Assembly: GCA_037440885.1 (NCBI GenBank)
Contig: JBBITI010000018.1
Location: 1 to 50,564, forward strand
DNA: 50,564 bases
DNA from: Dehalococcoidales bacterium
GTDB lineage: Bacteria; Chloroflexota; Dehalococcoidia; Dehalococcoidales; UBA2162
Reading direction: 5' to 3'
The notes beneath the pieces are model-generated. The model did no database searches. It was not told the origin of the DNA and saw only the letters and a program-made list of their open reading frames with translations. The position numbers and the translations under genes are program-made. Positions 39,341-47,545 of this stretch are shown here, one piece after another (the stretch's first letter is position 1; each line of letters begins with the position of its first letter).

Positions 39341-39967
39341 ATGCTTAGGTTCATGATGCCGCGGGAAAACGAGTATTTCGACCTTTTTGAAGCCAGCGCT
39401 CAAAATATCGTCAAAGCAGCCCGGAAACTTCAAGAGCTTATCAACAACTGGGACAATAACGATGTCATCGCTGCCGAGATTACCGAGATCGAACACATCG
39501 GCGATACCATCACCCACCAGATCATCGAGCACCTGAACCGTTCTTTCGTCACCCCTTTTGACCGCGAAGATATCGCCCTGCTCGCCCATTCCCTGGACGA
39601 CATCACCGATTTCATTCAATCGACTTCCGACTACATGATGCTCTACAAAATTGAAACGCCCGGCCAGAAAGCCCGGGAACTGGCTGAGGTACTGTTGCAA
39701 TCCGCCATCGAAATCGAAAAAACAATCCCGCTCCTGCGTAAACCGAATGAGTATAAACCGATACTGGCACACTGCGTTGAGATCAACCGACTGGAAAATG
39801 TAGCCGACCTTATCTTCCGTTCGGCTATCGGTGAACTGTTTGAAAAAGCCGGGAATATCCGCGATATCATAAAATGGCGCGAAATTTACGAAAACCTGGA
39901 AACTGCAACCGACCGCTGTGAAGATGTAGCCAATGCTCTGGAGGGGGTAGCCCTCAAACATGCTTGA
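39341..39967 (+). CDS. DUF47 (PhoU-like) phosphate transport regulator
   Basis: EHIGDTITH, FVTPFDREDI, LENVAD, LETATDRCEDVA. Confidence 0.93.
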   Translation: MLRFMMPRENEYFDLFEASAQNIVKAARKLQELINNWDNNDVIAAEITEIEHIGDTITHQIIEHLNRSFVTPFDREDIALLAHSLDDITDFIQSTSDYMMLYKIETPGQKARELAEVLLQSAIEIEKTIPLLRKPNEYKPILAHCVEINRLENVADLIFRSAIGELFEKAGNIRDIIKWREIYENLETATDRCEDVANALEGVALKHA

Positions 39968-40961
39968 AGGTGCCTTTACTATACCGTTGATCCTGGTTCT
40001 ATTGCTGATACTCGGTGCCGAATTCGTTAATGGCTGGACCGATGCCCCGAACGCCATCGCTACCGTTGTATCCACCCGCGACCTATCTCCGGGGCAAGCC
40101 GTCATCATGGCGGCTCTTCTGAATATTGCGGGCGCTGTAGTTACCGGCACTGCTGTCGCCACCACCATCGGCAAAGGCATCGTTCGTCCGGAAACAATCG
40201 ATCTTTCCGTCGTTGCCGCGGCCGCCCTCACCATCATCATCTGGACTGTAGTAGCCGCCTTTTTCGGCATACCCACCAGTGAAAGCCACGAACTCATTGC
40301 CGGCCTGACCGGAGCCGGCTTCGCAGCCGGGGGCATATCCGTACTGCAGTGGACCGGCTGGCAGAAAGTGTTGATTGGTCTCGGATTCTCCACGCTAATC
40401 GGTTTTTTCCTCAGCATGATCGTGATGACTCTTTTGTACTGGTTCTTCCGCGGCGTAAAAGTAAATACGGTACGCGGGATTTTTTCCAAGTTGCAGGTGT
40501 TATCGTCCGCCTATCTTGCCTTCAGTCACGGCAGTAACGACGGCCAGAAATTCATGGGTATGTTCTCGCTGGCGCTGGTACTGGGCGGGGCTTTGACTAC
40601 TTTCAGCGTCCCCTTGTGGGTCATCCTGCTCTGTGGTATCGTCATGGGGCTGGGAACCGCCACCGGAGGGTGGCGTATCATCAAAACCATGGGTTTCAAA
40701 CTAACCAAGTTAGAATCGGTACACGGTTTTGCCGCTCAGGCAGCCGCCGGGACCGCGATCTTGTTCGCTTCCTCGTTCGGCATCCCCCTCAGCACCACCC
40801 ACTCCATCAGCACTGCCATCATGGGCGTCGGCGCTACGCGCCGCTTCTCGGCTGTCCGCTGGGGAGTCGCCGGTGAAATTGTCCTCACCTGGGTATTGAC
40901 CTTCCCGGTGTGTGCCATCCTCGGCTATTTTTTAACGTTGCTCTTCAAGCAGCTGTTCTAG
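39960..40961 (+). CDS. PiT family inorganic phosphate transporter
   Basis: NGWTDAPNAIAT, HGSNDGQK, GGWRIIKTMG, PLSTTH. Confidence 0.95.
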   Translation: MLEGAFTIPLILVLLLILGAEFVNGWTDAPNAIATVVSTRDLSPGQAVIMAALLNIAGAVVTGTAVATTIGKGIVRPETIDLSVVAAAALTIIIWTVVAAFFGIPTSESHELIAGLTGAGFAAGGISVLQWTGWQKVLIGLGFSTLIGFFLSMIVMTLLYWFFRGVKVNTVRGIFSKLQVLSSAYLAFSHGSNDGQKFMGMFSLALVLGGALTTFSVPLWVILLCGIVMGLGTATGGWRIIKTMGFKLTKLESVHGFAAQAAAGTAILFASSFGIPLSTTHSISTAIMGVGATRRFSAVRWGVAGEIVLTWVLTFPVCAILGYFLTLLFKQLF

Positions 40962-41582
40962 GCGGCAGTTGTTATATTTCTCGGTGTTAATGATCGATAT
41001 TATCGAGGAAACAGCGCGGTCCAGTTCACCCCGGTAATTCACCACTACGTAATCAAAAGACGGCAAACGGTCGAATTCCTGTACCGCTGCCTGAGACCGG
41101 GTCTCCAGGTCCTGCACCGTTTCGGTACTGCGCTGTTTCAAGCGTTGCAACAATTCTTCCCGGGAAGGCGGCACTAAAAAGATGGCTACTGCCTGAGGCA
41201 TTGCTTTCTTGATTGCCTCCGCCCCCTGGACATCGACTTTCACCATTACATCCCGGCCGGCATTCAATGCGTCCGTGACGTCTTGCTTCGGAACGCCGTA
41301 ATAATTACCGTATACCAGGGCGGATTCCAGTAACTGGTTTTGCCCTTGCAGTCGCAAAAATTCTTCTCTGCTGACAAAGTGATAATCGACAGTGTTCTTT
41401 TCCTGGGGGCGGCGCGGCCGGGTGGTCATCGTTACCACGTAATGTATCGGAAAACGTGATTCTTTCATCCTGGCCAGGACGGCATCCTTGCCCACACCGG
41501 ACGGCCCGGAAAGGATCACCAGCAAGGGACGGTTGCCCGTTGATGAAGCTTCAGGCGAGGGTTCTGGCATCACTCGGCTCAT
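40932..41582 (-). CDS. gmk: guanylate kinase
   Basis: [28 protein letters not shown]. Confidence 0.95.
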   Translation of the reverse strand: MSRVMPEPSPEASSTGNRPLLVILSGPSGVGKDAVLARMKESRFPIHYVVTMTTRPRRPQEKNTVDYHFVSREEFLRLQGQNQLLESALVYGNYYGVPKQDVTDALNAGRDVMVKVDVQGAEAIKKAMPQAVAIFLVPPSREELLQRLKQRSTETVQDLETRSQAAVQEFDRLPSFDYVVVNYRGELDRAVSSIISIINTEKYNNCRLEQLLEEQR

Positions 41583-41856
41583 TCTTGAAAACGCTTAATC
41601 GTTCCGGGTCACGAGCAGCCTGTAATCTTCCTGCGATCGTTTCCGGGGCGAGCGCTACCAGGATAATATGGCCGGTGTCGGTGATAATCACAGACTTGGT
41701 CCGCCGGCCGTTCGTCATATCTATCAAAAGGCTGTTATTTCTCCCCTCTTGAATCGTCCGCTTCGTCGGCGCCGAACTGGGAGAAACAATAGCGATAACC
41801 CGGTTCATTGCAATCATATTGTTGAAACCGATATTTACCAGTTCAGTTTCTTTCAT
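41551..41856 (-). CDS. RemA/DUF370 family protein
   Basis: [29 protein letters not shown]; conserved position upstream of gmk. Confidence 0.9.
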   Translation of the reverse strand: MKETELVNIGFNNMIAMNRVIAIVSPSSAPTKRTIQEGRNNSLLIDMTNGRRTKSVIITDTGHIILVALAPETIAGRLQAARDPERLSVFKNEPSDARTLA

Positions 41857-42009
41857 GAATCAGACCTCGGCTGTTCCCAGTATTGTATTTGTGAGGAACT
41901 CTACTGGAATACCTTGACGTTAAAAACTAACCTATATCTTATACCGAAAAACCTGGCGAGGCAACTATTTGTTTGCGTTTCCTTTTTACCTGATGCTAGA
42001 ATGGCATTG

Positions 42010-43107
42010 ATGGACTATATGAGACAGGCTCTGGCATTGGCCAGGCTTGCCCTGGGACAGGCAAGCCCAAATCCGGCAGTCGGCGCTCTGATCGTCAAAG
42101 ACGGGGAGATTGTCGGGCAGGGATACACGCAACCACCGGGGCATGCTCATGCCGAGATAATGGCTCTCAAACAGGCGGGCGAAAAAGCCCGGGGAGCTAC
42201 GATGTACGTCAGTCTGGAACCGTGCTGTCATTACGGCCGCACGCCACCCTGCACCGAGGCCATCATTGCCGCCGGTATCGCCGAAGTCCGCATGGCCATG
42301 ATCGATCCCAACCCGATCATCTCCGGACGCGGCGAGGAAGCCTTGCAGAAAGAACTCATCAAGACAAGCGTCGGAGAACTGGAAGAAGAAGCGCGGACCA
42401 TCAACGAAGCTTATGTCAAATATATCAAGACCCGTTTCCCCTATGTCACCGTAAAATTTGCCGCCAGTCTCGACGGTAAAATCGCCACCCGGACGGGAGA
42501 TTCAAAATGGATTACCGGGGCGGAAGCCCGTAAATACGTTCATTACCTGCGTTACGTGAGCGATGTGATTATGGCCGGCGCCAACACGATCATCGCCGAT
42601 AACCCGTTCCTCACATGCCGCTATGGAGGTATCGGCGGAGCGGTGAAAAACCGGCAATTGCGGGTGATCGTCGACGGTCTAGGGCGGACTCCTCACGATG
42701 CCCGGATCTTCAGCGAGCCTGGCAAAGTCATAGTCGCCATAGGTAAATCGGTCAGCCAGTCAGCCCGTGATCCGCTGTTGAAAGCGGGCGCTGAACTGGT
42801 TGAATTCGATACCCGGAACGATCAGATCGTGATGGAAGAACTGCTGGAATTCCTCGGTAAAAGAGAGGTGACCAGCATTCTTGTTGAAGGGGGCGGGACT
42901 CTCACCGGATCATTATTTGATTCCGGATTAGTCGACAAGGTAGTCGCTTTCATCGCCCCGATGGTGATCGGCGGCGGTGAAGCGATACAAGCCGTGAGCG
43001 GAAAAGGGGTAGAACGGATCGCTGATGCCGCCCGTCTGGAACGGGTCAGCCTGGAGAAGTTCGGCGACGATGTAATGATCAGCGGTTACGTCGCCCGCAA
43101 AGAATAA
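42010..43107 (+). CDS. ribD: riboflavin biosynthesis deaminase/reductase
   Basis: PNPAVG, HAE, LEPCCHYGRTPPC, SLDGKIA, VEGG. The real start is about 42010 (MDYMRQAL), not 41668. Confidence 0.95.
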   Translation: MDYMRQALALARLALGQASPNPAVGALIVKDGEIVGQGYTQPPGHAHAEIMALKQAGEKARGATMYVSLEPCCHYGRTPPCTEAIIAAGIAEVRMAMIDPNPIISGRGEEALQKELIKTSVGELEEEARTINEAYVKYIKTRFPYVTVKFAASLDGKIATRTGDSKWITGAEARKYVHYLRYVSDVIMAGANTIIADNPFLTCRYGGIGGAVKNRQLRVIVDGLGRTPHDARIFSEPGKVIVAIGKSVSQSARDPLLKAGAELVEFDTRNDQIVMEELLEFLGKREVTSILVEGGGTLTGSLFDSGLVDKVVAFIAPMVIGGGEAIQAVSGKGVERIADAARLERVSLEKFGDDVMISGYVARKE

Positions 43108-43126
43108 TTATCCACCACGAAAAGTT

Positions 43127-43756
43127 ATGTTTACAGGCATCATTGAAGAAGTCGGTACAGTATCATCCACTCACTCCGGAAAATTGGTAGTCAATGCTAC
43201 CAGGGTTCTCAACAGCATGAATCTCGGAGACAGCATGGCCGTCAACGGCGTCTGTTTGACTATCGCCAGCCTGAGTAGCAGTTCTTTTTCCGCCGATGTC
43301 ATGCCGGAAACCGCGCGGCGGTCAAACCTGGGCCGGTTACGCAGCGGTGATAAGGTCAACCTGGAACGACCTTTAGCCCTTAACGGCTGGGTCGGCGGTC
43401 ATCTTGTCCAGGGACATGTTGACGCTACCGGACGCATCATGAACATGCAGCCTGAAGAAGGGGCTGTATTGATGACCTTCCATGCACCGGCGGAAGTGTT
43501 GTACTATATAGTAGAAAAAGGATTCATCACGGTTGACGGGATTTCCCTCACCGTGGCCGACCGCGATGATACATCTTTCCGGGTTTCGATCGTCGATTAC
43601 AGCCGCCGTCATACCAACCTGGTGGAAAGACGTATCGGTGACACAGTCAACCTGGAAGTGGATATCATCGCCAAGTATGTCGCCCGTTTTACCCTTGTAC
43701 AGAGTCCCGGCATTACCCTGGACTTTTTGAGAGAACAGGGATTTGGGATTAACTAA
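43127..43756 (+). CDS. ribE: riboflavin synthase alpha chain
   Basis: MFTGIIEE, NGVCLT, VNLER, GGHLVQGHVD. Confidence 0.96.
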   Translation: MFTGIIEEVGTVSSTHSGKLVVNATRVLNSMNLGDSMAVNGVCLTIASLSSSSFSADVMPETARRSNLGRLRSGDKVNLERPLALNGWVGGHLVQGHVDATGRIMNMQPEEGAVLMTFHAPAEVLYYIVEKGFITVDGISLTVADRDDTSFRVSIVDYSRRHTNLVERRIGDTVNLEVDIIAKYVARFTLVQSPGITLDFLREQGFGIN

Positions 43757-43831
43757 AATAAAATTTTACCGGAATAAGATCTTAGAGCATCATGGTTGTG
43801 ATTCTATCAACCATGGCTATCCAGAGGGAAT

Positions 43832-45046
43832 ATGGCACTGGCAGGCATAACCGAAGCAATTGCAGATATTAAAGCCGGCAAATTTGTAATCGCCGTCGAT
43901 GACGAAGATCGCGAAAATGAAGGCGACTTTATCATGGCGGCGGAAAAAGTAACCGCAGAAGCCATCAATTTCATGGCCAAATACGGACGCGGCTTGATCT
44001 GCATGCCCATGACCGGGGAACGTTTGGACCAGTTGCGGATACCGCTGATGACCAGCAGTAATACTTCGCATTTCGGGACTGCCTTTACAGTATCCGTCGA
44101 AGCCAGATATGGAACCAGCACCGGCATCTCCGCCGCCGACCGGGCAAAAACGGTCCAGACACTCGTCAATCCCAACACCCGGCCGGAAGATATCACCATG
44201 CCCGGGCACATGTTCCCCCTGCGCGCCCGCGATGGCGGTGTTCTCGTCCGCGCCGGTCAGACCGAAGCTACCGTCGACCTCGCCCGTCTAGCCGGACTGC
44301 AACCTGCCGGGGTCTGTTGCGAAATCATGAACGATGACGGCACTATGGCCCGGATGCCTCAACTGGAAGTGCTGTCCCAGAAACTGGGCATTAAAATCAT
44401 CAGCGTCGCTGACCTCATCGCCTACCGGCGCCGCCATGAAAAGCTGGTGCACCGGGTTGCCGAGGCTAAAATTCCCACCAAATTCGCCGAATTTACCGCC
44501 ATTGCCTATAAATCCGATGTCGATCCCCAGGAACACCTTGCCTTGATACTGGGCGATATATCCACCGATAAACCGGTTCTCGTCAGAGCGCACAGCGAAT
44601 GCCTTACCGGAGACGTGTTCCGCAGTATGCGCTGTGACTGCGGCACTCAGCTTGAGAAAGCCATGGAGATGATCGCCCGAGAAGGCTGCGGGGTGATTAT
44701 CTATCTGCGGCAGGAAGGGCGTGGCATCGGCTTACATAACAAGATCCGCGCCTATGCCCTCCAGGAAAAAGGATTGGATACCGTCGAAGCAAACATATCT
44801 CTCGGCTTTCCCGCAGACAAACGGGACTACGGTATCGGCGCCCAGATCATGGCCGACCTCGGTCTCCGTGAGATCAGGCTGCTCACTAACAATCCCAGAA
44901 AGGTGATCGGCCTGGAGTCCTACGGACTCAAAGTCGTGGAGACCTTACCGATCGAATGCCCCCCCAATGAGCACAACCTCTTCTATTTGCAAACAAAAAA
45001 GAATAAAATGGGACATAAACTCGACCTGCCGGACACGGCGCAATAA
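43832..45046 (+). CDS. ribBA: bifunctional DHBP synthase / GTP cyclohydrolase II
   Basis: DDEDRENEGD, GISAADR, HSECLTGD..RCDCG, QEGRGIG, LLTNNP. Confidence 0.96.
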   Translation: MALAGITEAIADIKAGKFVIAVDDEDRENEGDFIMAAEKVTAEAINFMAKYGRGLICMPMTGERLDQLRIPLMTSSNTSHFGTAFTVSVEARYGTSTGISAADRAKTVQTLVNPNTRPEDITMPGHMFPLRARDGGVLVRAGQTEATVDLARLAGLQPAGVCCEIMNDDGTMARMPQLEVLSQKLGIKIISVADLIAYRRRHEKLVHRVAEAKIPTKFAEFTAIAYKSDVDPQEHLALILGDISTDKPVLVRAHSECLTGDVFRSMRCDCGTQLEKAMEMIAREGCGVIIYLRQEGRGIGLHNKIRAYALQEKGLDTVEANISLGFPADKRDYGIGAQIMADLGLREIRLLTNNPRKVIGLESYGLKVVETLPIECPPNEHNLFYLQTKKNKMGHKLDLPDTAQ

Positions 45047-45085
45047 TCAGTCATCGCTTTCTATCATAAAATCCAGGAGGTAATT

Positions 45086-45553
45086 ATGGGCAACGTTTTC
45101 GAAGGTAACTTACTGGGTGAAGGCCTCAAGATCGGGATCGTCGTCGCCCGTTTCAATGAATTCATTACCGGCAAGCTTCTCAGCGGCGCGAAGGACGCGC
45201 TTTCCCGTCACGGGGTGGCGGATGAAAATATCGATGTCGCCTGGGTACCCGGTTCTTTCGAGATACCCCTGGCAGCGCAGAAGATGGCAGCCGGCAAGAA
45301 ATATCATGCTGTTATTTGCCTCGGCACCGTAATCCGCGGTGCCACACCCCATTTCGAATATATCGCGGCTGAAGTCACCAAGGGAATTGCCGCCGTCAGC
45401 TTGAATTCCGGAATCCCCGTCCTCTTCGGCGTGATTACTGCCGATACCCTGGAACAGGCAATCGAACGCGCCGGAACCAAGGCGGGTAACAAGGGATTTG
45501 ATGCCGCTACCGGTGCAATCGAGATGGCCAACCTCATGCGCGTCATGAAATAA
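45086..45553 (+). CDS. ribH: 6,7-dimethyl-8-ribityllumazine synthase
   Basis: [28 protein letters not shown]. Confidence 0.97.
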   Translation: MGNVFEGNLLGEGLKIGIVVARFNEFITGKLLSGAKDALSRHGVADENIDVAWVPGSFEIPLAAQKMAAGKKYHAVICLGTVIRGATPHFEYIAAEVTKGIAAVSLNSGIPVLFGVITADTLEQAIERAGTKAGNKGFDAATGAIEMANLMRVMK

Positions 45554-45666
45554 TTATCCGGCTACCGCTAAAAAGCCCCGGACAACATCAGGTCATGCGG
45601 TCATACATAAGCGCAAAGCACGAGGTTTCCCGAAAGCGACCTTCTCAAAACCAGGGTAAGGGCAGG

Positions 45667-45921
45667 CTAATCAGTGATTTTACTGACAGCGTCTCCGCGT
45701 CTCACCCGGTCCGGTAGTTTGATTCCCACCGCGTCTCCGGCTTTCGCTTCCTGAACGGTGACGTTATTGATTTGCATCGAGGTGACTTCCATCTCCAGGT
45801 CAGTGGTATGACCTTTGATATGGATTCTGTCGCCCGTTTTCAGGGGAGCGATCAACTGGATACCAGCGACCACCGGTTTGGCAAAAAAATCACTTACCGT
45901 GCCAATCTCAATCTCCGGCAT
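45667..45921 (-). CDS. small EF-Tu domain II-like / U32 C-terminal-like beta-barrel protein
   Basis: IGTVSDFFAKPVVAGI, GDRIHIKGHTTD, SMQI, GDAVGIK..DRVRRGD; GGAGG RBS. Confidence 0.8.
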   Translation of the reverse strand: MPEIEIGTVSDFFAKPVVAGIQLIAPLKTGDRIHIKGHTTDLEMEVTSMQINNVTVQEAKAGDAVGIKLPDRVRRGDAVSKITD

Positions 45922-46027
45922 ATGTCCCTCCTGAATATCTCAACAGCCCCAGTATATCGTGGCATGAACGGCAAATCAAGACTATGTACGGACCCCGGTG
46001 CCGCCGTGTTTTTTTGCTCGTCAGCGT

Positions 46028-46056
46028 TTGACATCCCTTCCCCCGAAGAATAAGAT
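46028..46056 (+). promoter_or_regulatory. promoter of hom
   Basis: TTGACA-N17-TAAGAT. Confidence 0.6.
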
Positions 46057-46164
46057 AACTGGGTTCTTTTCAACAATTCTTTCGAACGGTTTATGTTAAA
46101 CTAGAATACTATTTTCCTGCTCTTAAAACCGGACTGTTCCTGAAGAGCAAACCGGGGGGTGTAA

Positions 46165-47463
46165 ATGTCTGGACAAATATCTAATATGAACAACAATAAC
46201 GAGAAGAGTAATAATATCGCCGTCGTCGGTTTCGGAACAATCGGAACCGGGGTGGTCGACCTGCTTTTCAACCGCGGGATTCCGGGGCTTAAATTGGTCA
46301 AAGTCATCGATAAGGACCTGGAGCGGAAACGCCCCATCGCTTTACCGCCAGGCATGCTTGTTCCCGACCTGCACGCCGCGACCGATGATCCCGGGGTGGA
46401 CATCGTCGTTGAACTGATGGGCGGTATCGAACCCGCCAAAACAGTGCTGCTGAACTCCATGAAAAACGGGAAAGACGTTGTCACCGCCAATAAAAAGCTG
46501 CTCGCTAAAGAAGGCGGCGATATCTTCGCCGCCGCGGCTGCCTTGAACCGCCGTATCGGTTTCCGGGCCAGTTTTGTCGGCGCGCATGCTCTGATCCATG
46601 AATTTCGCCAGGCCAAGGCAATGGGCCGGCGCTTCCGCACTATCCATGCCATCCTGAACGGAACATCCAATTATATTCTTTCTACCATGAGCCGTGACGG
46701 CAAAAGCTTCGACGAAGCTTTGAAGGAAGCCCAGGCGCAGGGTTTTGCCGAAGCCGATCCCTCCGATGACATCGACGGCCTGGATACGGCCAGCAAGATC
46801 CGCATTTTGCTGGGACTGATCGGCGATTCCTACCGCACTGTCGGCAACTTTCCCCTTGAAGGCATCCGAAACGTTTCCCAACTTGATATCAGGTATGCCG
46901 CAGAGCTGGACTATGCCCTGAAACTGGTTGGTGTCATCGAACAGAGTGAGGGCGTCTTTAATGTGAGCGTCCGCCCTGCCCTCGTACCGGCGGCTTCACT
47001 GCTCGGCTCCACACAGGGCGCCATGAACGGTATCGAGCTTGTTGACGATCAGAATGTGGTTACCGGTATGGTTACCCCCGGCGCTGGCGCCTATCCCACC
47101 GCCGAATCCGTTATCAAGGATCTGCTGGATATCTCCGAAGGACGTCCCCTCCCGGTCCCCACTTCGGCAGAGATAATCCCTCTGGGACATACTGATTCTG
47201 TGTCGAACCGCTATTACTTGCGCTTCAGCGCTCTTGATCAAGCCGGCGTCCTCGCCCAGATCTGCAATATCTTCTGGAAATACAATATCAGTATTGCGGC
47301 AGTTATCCAGAAAGAAGCGGTCTCTGAGGAATCCGTCCCCATCATCATGACCACGCACACCGCCACCGAAGGCAGTCTGCAAGCAGCCATCCGGGAGGTG
47401 GACCGGTTGGAGGTGATCAAAGCCGCCACCATTGTAATCCGGATTTTTAAAACCGAAGCCTAG
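46165..47463 (+). CDS. hom: homoserine dehydrogenase with an ACT domain
   Basis: GFGTIG, ELMGG, VVTANK, ILNGTSNYIL, GFAEADP..DIDGLD..SK, C-terminal ACT. Confidence 0.88.
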   Translation: MSGQISNMNNNNEKSNNIAVVGFGTIGTGVVDLLFNRGIPGLKLVKVIDKDLERKRPIALPPGMLVPDLHAATDDPGVDIVVELMGGIEPAKTVLLNSMKNGKDVVTANKKLLAKEGGDIFAAAAALNRRIGFRASFVGAHALIHEFRQAKAMGRRFRTIHAILNGTSNYILSTMSRDGKSFDEALKEAQAQGFAEADPSDDIDGLDTASKIRILLGLIGDSYRTVGNFPLEGIRNVSQLDIRYAAELDYALKLVGVIEQSEGVFNVSVRPALVPAASLLGSTQGAMNGIELVDDQNVVTGMVTPGAGAYPTAESVIKDLLDISEGRPLPVPTSAEIIPLGHTDSVSNRYYLRFSALDQAGVLAQICNIFWKYNISIAAVIQKEAVSEESVPIIMTTHTATEGSLQAAIREVDRLEVIKAATIVIRIFKTEA

Positions 47464-47484
47464 TCTGTAATAAAATTATCAATA

Positions 47485-47522
47485 AAAGAGGGAGCCTTCG
47501 CAGAGGCTCCCTCTTTCGTTTT
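47485..47522. terminator. bidirectional intrinsic terminator
   Basis: AAAGAGGGAGCCT-N6-AGGCTCCCTCTTT between convergent genes. Confidence 0.85.
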
Positions 47523-47545
47523 AACAAGTGTTTCCGCGTGTTGTT

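Noticed and set aside
39191-40489. 432-aa minus-strand ORF
   Set aside because: Antisense to DUF47 and pit, which have clear family motifs.
41668-42009. 114-aa N-terminal extension of RibD
   Set aside because: Overlaps remA on the opposite strand and the divergent promoter region; RibD homology starts at about 42010.
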